A stretch of DNA of 29,776 nt from NCBI GenBank assembly GCA_014730235.1, contig WJIO01000186.1, positions 1 through 29,776 of the forward strand, in the 5' to 3' direction. Shown one piece after another: positions 17,107 through 26,132 of this stretch (position 1 is the stretch's first letter; every line of letters starts with the position of its first letter). The stretch comes from Candidatus Poribacteria bacterium. Its GTDB lineage: Bacteria; Poribacteria; DTPJ01; WJIO01. A model generated the notes under the pieces. The model was not told the DNA's origin. It ran no database searches and saw nothing but the letters and a program-made list of their open reading frames with translations. Made by a program: the position numbers and the translations under genes.

Positions 17107-19245
17107 TTATCTCTCTATGGCTTTCATTGCAGCCTGGAAGTGTTCCATATTAATCTTTATCTGTGTATAATCTTTCTCCTGTTCATCTTTGCTTTTCTGG
17201 ATAAATTCCCGGATGGCTATCATTGCCGCCCGTCTGCATACAAATTCTATATCAGCACCTACCCGGTCATCTGTCATTTTAGCCAACTCATCATAATTAA
17301 TGTCATCAGCCAGTGGTTTTTCCCTTGTATGAACTTTGAATATCTCCAAACGGGTTTTTTCGTCAGGTTTTGGCATCTCCATAACCAGATCGAGACGTCC
17401 AGGTCTTAAGAGGGCTTCATCAATGAGATCACGACGGTTAGTGGCTGCAAGCACCACAACACCCCGAAGTTCCTCGATGCCGTCCATCTCAGTTAAAAGC
17501 TGGCTTATTACACGTTCTGAGACATGGGAATCGGATGCTCCGGAACGCGGTGGAGCGATGGCGTCCAGTTCATCCAGAAATAATACGCAGGGGCTGGATT
17601 GTCTTGCTTTCTGGAAAACCTCTCTTATTCCTTTTTCAGATTCGCCGACCCACTTTGAGATTAACTCAGGTCCTTTGATTGATATGAAATTTGCTTGACT
17701 CTCGGTGGCAACTGCCTTGGCCAGCAGTGTTTTTCCTGTTCCCGGCGCGCCGTGAATTAAAACACCTTTTGTTGGTGATATGTTGGCATATTTGAATGCA
17801 TCCGCGTATTTCATAGGCCATTCGACAGCTTCCTGGAGTTCCTGCTTGATCTCCTCAAGGCCACCCACATCCTCCCAATGCACATTGGGTACTTCGGTAA
17901 ATACTTCCCTGATGCCCGATGGTTCTATTTCGTTGAGGGCATCCATGAAATTATCCATGGTAACGTTAAGATCATTCAGAATTTCATAAGGGATGGAATC
18001 TATATCAAAATCTATTTTAGGGATAATTGTTCTAAGGGCTGTCATAGCTGCTTCCCGACTTAAAGCCTCTAAATCTGCTCCTGTATAACCATGAGTTATC
18101 TCAGCCATTTTATCCAGGTCAATATCATCAAACAAAGGCATTCCACGTGTGTGAATTTCCAGGATTTGTAATCTAGCCGGGGCATCGGGTATACCAATAA
18201 CGATCTCCCGGTCAAAGCGTCCTGGGCGGCGCAGGGCTGGATCAATCATGTTAGGTAGATTTGTTGCTCCAACTACTACAATCTGTCCCCGGTCTTTCAG
18301 ACCGTCCAGAAGGGCCAAAAGCTGTGCTACAACGCGTTTTTCTACATCTCCTACTACTTTTTCCCGCTTTGGAGCTATGGAATCTATTTCATCCAGAAAT
18401 ATAATGCTGGGTGCTTTTTGCTTTGCCTGTTCAAATATTTCCCTTAGCTGTCTTTCACTCTCACCATAAAACTTATGTATTACCTCTGGGCCACTTATAG
18501 AAAAGAAAGCTGCATCAGTTTCGTTAGCCACAGCCCGGGCTAGCAGTGTTTTACCACATCCGGGAGGTCCATGAAGCAAAACACCCTTGGGCGGCTCAAT
18601 CCCTAATTTCTGGAACAACTGGGGATGCCTTAAAGGTAATTCTATCATCTCCCGAACTCTTTGTATGGCTTTATCCAAACCACCAATGTCTTCATATGCA
18701 ATACCAGCTTTATTTTGTCCTCCTTCTCTTTGACCTTCTATATTAATTCTTGTATCAGGATGAATAAGGACTATATCATCAGGGGATGTTTTTGACACAA
18801 TAAATTCCTGGAACCTGGAACCAAAGAGGGTGGCTCTGACTACATCACCGGATACTACAGGTAAATCATTAAGTAGTTTGCCCACATATTTTGTGTCCCG
18901 TTGTTGTGAAAAACGGGTTTTCCCGGAAGCCTGAGTGAGATATATTAGCTTTGCTGGTTGGGCTGAAACTGGAGACAGTTTGACCTTTTCACCGATTCCT
19001 GTATCGGCATTACGACGGGTAAGGCCGTCAATCTGAATGATTTCTTTACCTCGATCATCAGGATACGCAGGCATTACCTTAGCGACTGTCATTCGTTTAC
19101 CCCGAATACTGATAATATCCCCTACAGAAACGTCAAGTTTTTTCATATCTTCGGGATCCATCCGGGCAAGACCTTTACCTGCATCCCGATTTAATCCTTC
19201 TGATACTTTAAGATTAATCGTATTTGGCTCTGTTCCTGCACCCAT
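17107..19245 (-). CDS. Cdc48/VAT/p97-type double-ring AAA+ ATPase (N-domain + D1 + D2), last gene of the gvp-linked operon
   Basis: 712 aa. The Cdc48-N domain is [41 protein letters not shown]1 Walker A is [20 protein letters not shown] with DEID Walker B. D2 Walker A is [20 protein letters not shown] with DELD Walker B. Both SRH regions are present. It is TAAATG-coupled to the upstream 189-aa ORF. The SD is AGGAG. Confidence 0.9.
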   Translation of the reverse strand: MGAGTEPNTINLKVSEGLNRDAGKGLARMDPEDMKKLDVSVGDIISIRGKRMTVAKVMPAYPDDRGKEIIQIDGLTRRNADTGIGEKVKLSPVSAQPAKLIYLTQASGKTRFSQQRDTKYVGKLLNDLPVVSGDVVRATLFGSRFQEFIVSKTSPDDIVLIHPDTRINIEGQREGGQNKAGIAYEDIGGLDKAIQRVREMIELPLRHPQLFQKLGIEPPKGVLLHGPPGCGKTLLARAVANETDAAFFSISGPEVIHKFYGESERQLREIFEQAKQKAPSIIFLDEIDSIAPKREKVVGDVEKRVVAQLLALLDGLKDRGQIVVVGATNLPNMIDPALRRPGRFDREIVIGIPDAPARLQILEIHTRGMPLFDDIDLDKMAEITHGYTGADLEALSREAAMTALRTIIPKIDFDIDSIPYEILNDLNVTMDNFMDALNEIEPSGIREVFTEVPNVHWEDVGGLEEIKQELQEAVEWPMKYADAFKYANISPTKGVLIHGAPGTGKTLLAKAVATESQANFISIKGPELISKWVGESEKGIREVFQKARQSSPCVLFLDELDAIAPPRSGASDSHVSERVISQLLTEMDGIEELRGVVVLAATNRRDLIDEALLRPGRLDLVMEMPKPDEKTRLEIFKVHTREKPLADDINYDELAKMTDDRVGADIEFVCRRAAMIAIREFIQKSKDEQEKDYTQIKINMEHFQAAMKAIER

Positions 19246-19815
19246 TTAATGATTCTCCTTTAGATTTTTTACCGATTTATAGATCTTGATGTCGTCAACC
19301 AATTTATCAGTCACTTTATGAAGAGCTCCCATAAACAAAAGGCCAGTTTCACCATCCTTCAGAGTCGAGTCAATCCTACAGGCTATATATTCATCCCGGC
19401 GTTTCATCAGATCGTCGTATTTGTTTGTTGAACCAACTACTCCCATGTTCTTAAGTCTTTCCCTTTCCTCTAGCAGTAGCTCTGATGCTTCTGTTCCAAC
19501 TATTGATGCTCCTTTTTGGATTAACTCCAGCAGTAGCTTATAATTTCTGTTGCCATCTTCTGCAAGGGCCTGGACTATTTTAAGTTCCTGATTACATACA
19601 GGTAGACTGTCCTGATAGATTTTTGCTTTTTTGTAATTAATAGGTAAATTGAGCAGTGTATTCCTGATTTCTGTCCAGAAATTTTCAACAGCCTTTATAT
19701 GTTCTTCCCATTTAGATTCACCATATCTAGCTGTGTATTGTTTTCTGGCTTCGGATAAATGGTTTCCCAGGTCTTCAGGTGTATGAACAATAGGTATATA
19801 AAGCAATTCTCGCAT
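19246..19815 (-). CDS. Hypothetical 189-aa protein between the last gvpF/L and cdc48-like. It is translationally coupled on both sides, with no family recognised.
   Basis: The start is 2 nt after the gvpF/L stop and is preceded by GGAG. The stop abuts the cdc48 ATG. The protein is predicted alpha-helical and soluble (MRELLYIPIVHTPEDLGNHLSEARKQYTARYGESKWEEHIKAVENFWTEI...). Confidence 0.5.
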   Translation of the reverse strand: MRELLYIPIVHTPEDLGNHLSEARKQYTARYGESKWEEHIKAVENFWTEIRNTLLNLPINYKKAKIYQDSLPVCNQELKIVQALAEDGNRNYKLLLELIQKGASIVGTEASELLLEERERLKNMGVVGSTNKYDDLMKRRDEYIACRIDSTLKDGETGLLFMGALHKVTDKLVDDIKIYKSVKNLKENH

Positions 19816-19817
19816 TT

Positions 19818-20537
19818 TTACTCCAAGCCTTTCCAGAGATTTATATTTGCAAAAGTATAAGGAGGCCAGGGGCCTGAATAAAGCAAACGCAGGTCTGGAT
19901 TATTATTCCTGAACTGCTGGTAAGAGTATTTAAAGGATTCCAATTGATCCTGTTCGATCAGATAGCATATATTCCTGATAAGCATCCTTTTTATAATTTT
20001 AACGCTGGAGATAACTTCAGAACTATGGGGAATAAGGATTTTATCCAGCTTCTGTTTCAAATCTCCCGATATATCCTTTAATTTTTTTATATTGTCGTGT
20101 TTACGTTTTTTATTCATCAGGTAATTCATGCCATTTTGAATTTTTACTTCTTTATTATCTCTGGATTTTATATCTATGTTTTTAATATCAAATAAAATCT
20201 TTATACTGATTTCTGCTTTACCCTCAAGTTTTGACAGGTATTCATTCAGTATTTTCATATTTTCTTTTAAAAATATTATTATATCCTCAATATCCGGGAA
20301 AAAGGTGGCAAAGCGACATGGTATTATAGATTGAGATTGCTTAAAAATAATATCCACAACTTTCTGATGATTAATAACGTTGGTATTGTTAGCATCCAAA
20401 CTGCGAGAATCAATTTCACTAAAGAAAACCGATATATCACCCAAAGTTACAATTCGGATTCTTGAGTTGCAAATACCCGTAGATAGATCTTTTGGCATTA
20501 TTGTATTATTTTTGGTTAAACAATAAACATATTTCAA
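19818..20537 (-). CDS. gvpF: GvpL/GvpF-family gas vesicle protein (paralogue 4)
   Basis: 239 aa. N-terminus is MKYVYCLTKNN. The C-terminal family signature is LLYSGPWPPYTFANINL. Confidence 0.8.
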   Translation of the reverse strand: MKYVYCLTKNNTIMPKDLSTGICNSRIRIVTLGDISVFFSEIDSRSLDANNTNVINHQKVVDIIFKQSQSIIPCRFATFFPDIEDIIIFLKENMKILNEYLSKLEGKAEISIKILFDIKNIDIKSRDNKEVKIQNGMNYLMNKKRKHDNIKKLKDISGDLKQKLDKILIPHSSEVISSVKIIKRMLIRNICYLIEQDQLESFKYSYQQFRNNNPDLRLLYSGPWPPYTFANINLWKGLE

Positions 20538-20542
20538 GATTT

Positions 20543-21379
20543 TTATTCTTCTTTAAAAACATTGAATTCAGGACAGAAATTATAACACGGCCAAGGACCA
20601 CTTAACTCGAATAATATAAGGCTTGGTTTATGTCTAAGGGCAAGTTTATCCAAGTTTTTTTTGAAATTATCAAAAGATTTCTTATCAATCAAAAAAGCAG
20701 AATTAAGTATCATATCCATATTTTTTCCCGTTGCATTTCTGCCAAGAAGTTTATTTCTACATCCTGCTATGCACCAGGATGATATAGTCTTATATATTGA
20801 ATTAGAAAGATTTTTCAGGTAATTGGTGCGGAATTTGCTGATTAAGCTCTCCCGCTTTTTTTTCAATAGATATGCTTTGCCCGGTGGCATATGGGCAATA
20901 CGTTTATCCAGATCCACAATTTCTTTGCTTGATTTAGCTATTTCCTCTGAACCAGCGTCATTTTCAGCATATACCTTTATTCCCCATTCCTCTTTTCCAT
21001 CAACAACGTCAAAATAATCATTAAATTCCTTGAATCCCTTAACCAGTATATCAATGATTTTCTTGCTATCAGAATAGATAGTGCCAAAACGCATAGGGAT
21101 AATACTGTGATTCTCCATTGCTGTTCTTATTATTTTTTCATGGGTTCTTACTCTTGGAGTTAACCACTCAATGTTCTGAAGGGATTTTTCCAGTGCGTCT
21201 TCGTTATATTTATCTCTGGAAACTGAACTTACCAGAGCACCGAGGTTTTGGTGAGATAAAAAAAAGGTTTTATTTTGCCTATCTATTCCTGGATTTGATT
21301 CTATATCCGGTATACCCCTGAAAATACAATAAAGGTAAAAATTATTATTCTGGTCTAATCCTGATTCTTCTGCTTCCAC
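20543..21379 (-). CDS. gvpL: GvpL/GvpF-family gas vesicle protein (paralogue 3)
   Basis: 278 aa. Contains FYLYCIFRG and the C-terminal ELSGPWPCYNFCPE signature. Confidence 0.8.
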   Translation of the reverse strand: MEAEESGLDQNNNFYLYCIFRGIPDIESNPGIDRQNKTFFLSHQNLGALVSSVSRDKYNEDALEKSLQNIEWLTPRVRTHEKIIRTAMENHSIIPMRFGTIYSDSKKIIDILVKGFKEFNDYFDVVDGKEEWGIKVYAENDAGSEEIAKSSKEIVDLDKRIAHMPPGKAYLLKKKRESLISKFRTNYLKNLSNSIYKTISSWCIAGCRNKLLGRNATGKNMDMILNSAFLIDKKSFDNFKKNLDKLALRHKPSLILFELSGPWPCYNFCPEFNVFKEE

Positions 21380-21888
21380 AATTTAATCTCCACTATACCA
21401 TTTCTGTTTGAGTATTTAGTTTTTTCTTCATCAACAGGAGCGGAAAGTAGTATTTCCTTGTAATATTTTCGCTCTTTTTTTTCACCTGATAGTATAAGTA
21501 TATCTCCTTTAATTTCGTATTTTATTTCAGTTTCTGATACTCCAGGCATTTCAGCGATTACCAGTATATAATCACCTTCATCAAAAATATCCACCATAGG
21601 TTCCCGAATTTCATCAACTATCGGTCCTTGTTTTTTTTCTTTAACATTACCAAATTGTTGAACAGTAGCTTTTCCACCAGTTCCAAATTTCACAGAAACG
21701 CCGTATACGGCTTTCAAGTCTTTATCATCACCGATTACCCCTTCTTTTTTTATACTTTCGGATTTTTCGGCTAATTCACTTGCCAGATCGATCAGGGAAC
21801 CAAGACCTTTAAACAAACCTCCTAATCCTATATCAATATTTATGTTGCCTTTGACGTTATCCTTTTTATCATCTTTACCCATTACCAA
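21355..21888 (-). CDS. gvpH: Hsp20/alpha-crystallin-domain protein (GvpH-like)
   Basis: 177 aa. The ACD-like core is VDIFDEGDYILVIAEMPGVSETEIKYEIKGDILILSGEKK...NGIVEIKLWK. The N-terminal region is glycine/lysine-rich. It overlaps the downstream gvpF/L by 25 nt. The SD is GGAGG. Confidence 0.7.
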   Translation of the reverse strand: MVMGKDDKKDNVKGNINIDIGLGGLFKGLGSLIDLASELAEKSESIKKEGVIGDDKDLKAVYGVSVKFGTGGKATVQQFGNVKEKKQGPIVDEIREPMVDIFDEGDYILVIAEMPGVSETEIKYEIKGDILILSGEKKERKYYKEILLSAPVDEEKTKYSNRNGIVEIKLWKQKNQD

Positions 21889-21931
21889 TAACCTCCATCT
21901 TCAGTTTTACTGAATTATATATAATAATAGC

Positions 21932-21950
21932 GCCCCGCATATAGCGGGGC
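21932..21950 (-). terminator. GC-rich hairpin followed by a U/A-rich tract on the minus-strand transcript, between gvpJ and gvpH. Candidate terminator or attenuator.
   Basis: GCCCCGC-ATATA-GCGGGGC, a 7-bp all-GC stem. Downstream on the minus strand is GCUAUUAUUAUAUAUAAUU, which also holds a TATAAT -10-like element for gvpH. Confidence 0.4.
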
Positions 21951-22008
21951 TTAAGCACGCGTTACACAATTTTTAGGAGAGAGACATGCAAAGCGTGCTG
22001 ACGATTGC

Positions 22009-22347
22009 TTAACTGGTTTTTTCTAATTCAGATATACGTTTTTTAAGAGCTTCTATTTCAGCTTCTTTATCTTCAAGTTGGTGTGCTTTTACTTCTTGTT
22101 CCAACCTTTGTTTGCGTTCCGCCATAGCACTTAAAAACGGATTACCTTCCCACCAATCTATACCCATCTCTTTGGCCCTTTCCACTGATGCCAGAAGCAA
22201 TCTAATATTGATTGTCAAAAGCTCAACTTCCAGAAGCTTAATACGGATATCGCCAGCAATAACAACGCCCTTATCCAATACTCTCTCAAGGATTTCCACC
22301 AGGTTATTTGCGTTGGTGGAATGAACAATTTGTTCTTGGTGTCCCAC
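22009..22347 (-). CDS. gvpJ: GvpJ (GvpA-family gas vesicle protein with extended coiled-coil C-terminus)
   Basis: 112 aa. The core LVEILERVLDKGVVIAGDIRIKLLEVELLTINIRLLLASVERAKEMGIDWW matches the GvpA/J/M fold. Confidence 0.85.
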   Translation of the reverse strand: MGHQEQIVHSTNANNLVEILERVLDKGVVIAGDIRIKLLEVELLTINIRLLLASVERAKEMGIDWWEGNPFLSAMAERKQRLEQEVKAHQLEDKEAEIEALKKRISELEKTS

Positions 22348-22361
22348 AGACCCATTCCCCT

Positions 22362-22691
22362 CTAATCAAGTAAATTTCCTAAAGGTCCTAAATCAATGTT
22401 TAGCTCTTCTATTTCAAAATATTCTTTCAACTCAATAATTTTTTCCTCTAACTTCATAAGAGTAGTACCGAGTCGCTCAATTTCTTCATCAGTTAGAGTT
22501 CCGCCTTCTATTCTTCTAATAGCCTGTTTTTCCAGCAACTGCCTGATAAGCTCTACCAGAGCCAGAACCAACTTTACAAGTCCTTGTTCTACTCCCTCTG
22601 GATCTACCTTCACCTTTGTAGGCTTTTTAACTGGTTCAAGGTTATTCGCAAAATCATCCAGGAATTTTGATGTTATCTCAGGTCGATTCAC
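22362..22691 (-). CDS. gvpK: GvpK gas vesicle protein
   Basis: 109 aa. LVKLVLALVELIRQLLEKQAIRRIEGGTLTDEEIERLGTTLMKLEEKIIELKEYF matches the conserved GvpK core. Confidence 0.85.
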   Translation of the reverse strand: MNRPEITSKFLDDFANNLEPVKKPTKVKVDPEGVEQGLVKLVLALVELIRQLLEKQAIRRIEGGTLTDEEIERLGTTLMKLEEKIIELKEYFEIEELNIDLGPLGNLLD

Positions 22692-22911
22692 TGATTATTT
22701 CCTCATCCATTGCTTCAATAAGTGTTTCAACAGAACTTACCAGAACACTCAGACCTATATACAGAAGTTCCACACCAGCGACAGATATGCAAATTTCTCC
22801 AGTTAATACAGCCCCTTTATTTAATACGCGATCCAGAAGTTCACACAAAGAAATCCTTTGTTCCAATGATATATCATCATTATCATCTGGAAATTCATTA
22901 ATGATGTCCAT
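22678..22911 (-). CDS. gvpM: GvpA-family minor paralogue (GvpM/GvpS-like)
   Basis: 77 aa. The GvpA-like core is LCELLDRVLNKGAVLTGEICISVAGVELLYIGLSVLVSSVETL. The N-terminus is acidic. Confidence 0.75.
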   Translation of the reverse strand: MDIINEFPDDNDDISLEQRISLCELLDRVLNKGAVLTGEICISVAGVELLYIGLSVLVSSVETLIEAMDEEIISEST

Positions 22912-22930
22912 ATATTACCTCAAGCTTTAA

Positions 22931-23242
22931 TTACTCAACAATTTCCTCAAGATCCATTCTTTTACGCATGCTGCGGCGTTCATAATTAATAACATCACCA
23001 TCTTCGTCAAGTTCAACTTCGTATATACCCAATACATCCAGTGTATCAGGTATTGCTTTTCTCTCTATAAATTCAATGGTGATATTCCAACCATCTTCAG
23101 TTCTTGATGCTCCAACCACACTTGAAAGCTCCAATCCTATTAGCATTTGGAGTTGTTCAACAGCGTTGTTTATTGCATCCTTCAGTTTTAGACGAACCGT
23201 TTTATTCTCATGTAAGGTATTTATTTCTTCAATCTCAGCCAT
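22931..23242 (-). CDS. gvpO: GvpO-like gas vesicle synthesis protein
   Basis: 103 aa. Size, position and the ...LSSVVGASRTEDGWNITIEFIERKAIPDTLDVLGIYEVELDEDGDVINYER pattern resemble GvpO (PF05800). The call rests on recall, not a search. Confidence 0.55.
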   Translation of the reverse strand: MAEIEEINTLHENKTVRLKLKDAINNAVEQLQMLIGLELSSVVGASRTEDGWNITIEFIERKAIPDTLDVLGIYEVELDEDGDVINYERRSMRKRMDLEEIVE

Positions 23243-23296
23243 AAATTTCTCCTTGATGATTGTGTTATTTGGACATAGAATATTTTTATTATATCA

Positions 23297-23920
23297 TTAA
23301 TCCGATGACAGATCAATTAACTCCAGTTCTAATTTTTTTCTACCAAAAACCAATGCTTCTTTTACGGTAGGCATGAGTAAATCAATATTTCTACCATTGT
23401 TTTTTTTCATGGCTGATCCTGTATCACATGCAAAAAAGTACCTGTTAATTTCCGGAGCATACAGGACAGAACCATATGGAATAACACCGGGATCAACAGC
23501 AGCAACACCCATACCTGCCGGAATGAGGTTAGATGTCAATCCATCGTTAAATGGAACGCAGCTATCTTTGGGATCATAGGCAGTAACATTAAAATAACCT
23601 AAAGATTTCCGTTTTCCCTTTTTGGATAAAGTAGATATAGCTGCACGATATGCCTTTATTTCACCTTTAAGGAGTGATGATTTTATAGCGTATTCATTTA
23701 TCATCTCTTTTAGTCTTGTATGTTCCTGAGTCATTTGTGTTTGGTAATCATGGCTAACCCGCATGTATGTAAACAGGCATGATAATCCCATTGCGGTAAA
23801 AATAGCAAATGACAATACACCAAAGTAGACAAACAATTTAGCACCTTGTTTCTTAAATATATCTTTTATAAGAGAATAAGCCCTACCTGTATAAGAAGAA
23901 TTACAGGCTAACGTTTCCAT
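23297..23920 (-). CDS. Membrane-anchored 3D-domain protein (MltA/YorM-like double-psi beta-barrel, probable peptidoglycan-binding or lytic domain) embedded in the gvp operon
   Basis: 207 aa. One N-terminal TM segment (LFVYFGVLSFAIFTAMGLSCLF) and a coiled linker precede the 3D domain TAYDPKDSCVPFNDGLTSN...GVAAVDPGVIPYGSVLY...FACDTGSAMKKNNGRNIDLLMPT, which carries the conserved Asp residues. Confidence 0.6.
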   Translation of the reverse strand: METLACNSSYTGRAYSLIKDIFKKQGAKLFVYFGVLSFAIFTAMGLSCLFTYMRVSHDYQTQMTQEHTRLKEMINEYAIKSSLLKGEIKAYRAAISTLSKKGKRKSLGYFNVTAYDPKDSCVPFNDGLTSNLIPAGMGVAAVDPGVIPYGSVLYAPEINRYFFACDTGSAMKKNNGRNIDLLMPTVKEALVFGRKKLELELIDLSSD

Positions 23921-23924
23921 CGCC

Positions 23925-24161
23925 TTAACCTCCGCCTTTTTGAGCAGCTATCTCTTCCAAAATATCCACAAGCTCTTCTTCTTTTTCTTCAAATTCCTCT
24001 TCGCTGATTTCACCTTTTTCCAATTGTAAATAAAGATTTCTTAAATCTTCTCTTATCTTATCTTCATTAAAAAGCTCTTCTTTTGCCATTTCGTCAATTT
24101 TCTTAGCTATAAATACCGGTAATTTTATTGGTGCCAGTAAAATATTATCAAGAATACCCAT
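23925..24161 (-). CDS. gvpG: GvpG gas vesicle protein
   Basis: 78 aa. MGILDNILLAPIKLPVFIAKKIDEMAKEELFNEDKIREDLRNLYLQLEKGEISEEEFEEKEEEL matches the GvpG pattern (MFLLDDLL...A...ELYD...I...L..L...E.GEISE.E). Confidence 0.7.
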   Translation of the reverse strand: MGILDNILLAPIKLPVFIAKKIDEMAKEELFNEDKIREDLRNLYLQLEKGEISEEEFEEKEEELVDILEEIAAQKGGG

Positions 24162-24166
24162 GACTA

Positions 24167-24952
24167 CTACCTTTCGAGATGCAATTCCAGTCTGTCAACA
24201 AAACTGAATGGAGGCCAGGGACCGTCAAGTTTGAGGGAATACTCATTTCCCATATTTTCGCCTAGTCTATCAATGGCCTTTTCCAGATCAGAACGCATGT
24301 CTTTTTCAATTAGCAAAGTTGCATTAGTTATTGTTGAATCATTGTTTATTTCTTCAACCCGGGCTTCTCCCGGAGGAAGATGGGTTAAAATATCATTGGT
24401 TATCTGTTCTCTGGTTTTTTCCATTCTCTTGTGGAAATAAGTACCAAAATCAATAATTTCCTTACGTCCCAGGGATTTACCCTCGCCCATGTATTTATCC
24501 CGAATGGATCTGAGTTTATCATCCCTGTCAATGAAATACTTAAACACATCATCAACATTCCATTCAACCTTTAATCCCATTTCAACTTTGTTCTTAAGTC
24601 TTTCAAGCTCCTGTCGAATAGTTTGGTAACTTTTACGCAGAGCAATATTAACCTCACCTGCATCTCTAGCTATCTGACCGAATCTGGCAGGAATTGTGGT
24701 AAAAAGCTCTGATGCCTTGCGTATCACTTCATGGTATGGAGCCAGATTTTTCCTGAGAAGTTTAATGGAATCAACACGAGGATAATCACTTACCAGAGCA
24801 CCAATATCTTCATAATGAATGCTATGGACAACTTTATTATCCAGACCTATAGGACCGAAGTTACTTTCCTGATCTGAAAGAATAACAGCGTAAAACAATT
24901 TTCCATAATGGGAGCTTCCGTTATTTACTTTTCTTGTAACTCGCTTTCTCAT
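24167..24952 (-). CDS. gvpF: GvpL/GvpF-family gas vesicle protein (paralogue 2)
   Basis: 261 aa. The C-terminal signature is [13 protein letters not shown]. It has a 4-nt ATGA overlap with the upstream gene. Confidence 0.8.
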   Translation of the reverse strand: MRKRVTRKVNNGSSHYGKLFYAVILSDQESNFGPIGLDNKVVHSIHYEDIGALVSDYPRVDSIKLLRKNLAPYHEVIRKASELFTTIPARFGQIARDAGEVNIALRKSYQTIRQELERLKNKVEMGLKVEWNVDDVFKYFIDRDDKLRSIRDKYMGEGKSLGRKEIIDFGTYFHKRMEKTREQITNDILTHLPPGEARVEEINNDSTITNATLLIEKDMRSDLEKAIDRLGENMGNEYSLKLDGPWPPFSFVDRLELHLER

Positions 24953-25986
24953 CGGATCAATAACCTCTCTGCAATAAAAACTTTTTCAACTTCATCTCTT
25001 GAGAACGAAAAAACAGCATTTTTTCCATCTTCAAGAGAACTGCTATAACTATGACAATATGACTCTAAAATTTTATAGGCTTCGTCTATTTCTTTAAAAA
25101 GCTTATATGATTCCTTGTCTCCATCCGTTTTGTCAGGATGGTATTTCAACGCAAGTCTTCGATAGGATGCCTTAATATCATCCAGATGTGCTTTTTCCGG
25201 GAGTTCCAGCCTTCTACGGGCTTTATCAATTAATTCATAATTGCCTTTTTTGAATTCAAGTGGTGCAAAACTATAGGGAGGAATTGGGCCAATATATTTA
25301 AAACTGAGGTAAGATTCATTTTCATTACCAAGTTCCTCCATAGCCTTATCGAATTCTGCTTCATCCTGTCTATTGATGAGATAGCTCCTGTTAAAAATAA
25401 TTGAGTCATCGGCTGATCTACCTTCTGATGAATCAATAGATACATTGGATAATTTGTCGTGAATAGAATCAATAATCTGGCGTTTTAGTTTTTCTGCTGA
25501 CTGGAACAGTAGTTTACCAAGCTGAATTTTATCATTAATGTCAATAGATTTCACAGCCTCTTTAAGCCAGTTTTCATCTTTACTTATATTCTGTAAAACT
25601 GTATCCAGATCCCAGAAAAGCTGAACTGCAAATTCAGCTTTATTGCGAAGGTTATTCAGTGCCCATTTAATATGTATGTAGGAATTGGCCATGAATTCCT
25701 CAACCTGTTCTTCCTGATCCACCATAATTCCAAATCTAAGCGGGAGTATAGTGAGGTTTTGGAATATATTTATATTTATCTGTTGGTAAGATGCAAGAAG
25801 GACTTTAAGTTCAGCTTCATGCATTCCGGGCTGTTCAGCAATAGCAGGATCTATTTTTCTGGTGATAGTTGTAAGATCTTTATAATTTATGCTATGTATC
25901 GTCTCAGGAATGGAAATATATTCATTTTCAAATTTGGTAGTTTCAACGATACAATGAAGCAAGAATGTATTTAATTTTTCTGTCAT
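24949..25986 (-). CDS. GvpL/GvpF-family protein fused to a C-terminal DnaJ J-domain (paralogue 1)
   Basis: 345 aa. The GvpF/L core ends at the signature [16 protein letters not shown] canonical J-domain follows: [59 protein letters not shown], with the HPD tripeptide present. Confidence 0.8.
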   Translation of the reverse strand: MTEKLNTFLLHCIVETTKFENEYISIPETIHSINYKDLTTITRKIDPAIAEQPGMHEAELKVLLASYQQININIFQNLTILPLRFGIMVDQEEQVEEFMANSYIHIKWALNNLRNKAEFAVQLFWDLDTVLQNISKDENWLKEAVKSIDINDKIQLGKLLFQSAEKLKRQIIDSIHDKLSNVSIDSSEGRSADDSIIFNRSYLINRQDEAEFDKAMEELGNENESYLSFKYIGPIPPYSFAPLEFKKGNYELIDKARRRLELPEKAHLDDIKASYRRLALKYHPDKTDGDKESYKLFKEIDEAYKILESYCHSYSSSLEDGKNAVFSFSRDEVEKVFIAERLLIR

Positions 25987-26132
25987 AATAGGTTAACCTT
26001 TCCAGCAAATTTACAGATCAGTATTTAATTGTAAACTACTATAATTATATATAAAAGGGTGTGACATACTTACGTCACTTTAGTCCTGGTATTTTGTATT
26101 TTGAAATTTAGTCGGGTAAATACAAAAGATTC

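Noticed and set aside
17140-19249. Seven plus-strand ORFs of 61-120 aa
   Set aside because: They are antisense shadows of the 712-aa Cdc48-like gene, whose two AAA modules are unambiguous.
21932-21950. Possible tRNA or small structured RNA at the GC-rich hairpin
   Set aside because: It is only a single 7-bp stem-loop with no cloverleaf arms or conserved tRNA positions. I interpret it as a terminator or attenuator instead.
22396-22930. 136-aa and 87-aa plus-strand ORFs
   Set aside because: They are antisense to gvpK and the gvpM-like gene, both of which have clear family motifs. They are Ser-rich shadow frames.
25230-25974. 80-aa minus-strand and 100-aa plus-strand ORFs inside the gvpF/L::J gene
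   Set aside because: They are alternative-frame or antisense overlaps of a gene with both the GvpF/L and J-domain signatures.
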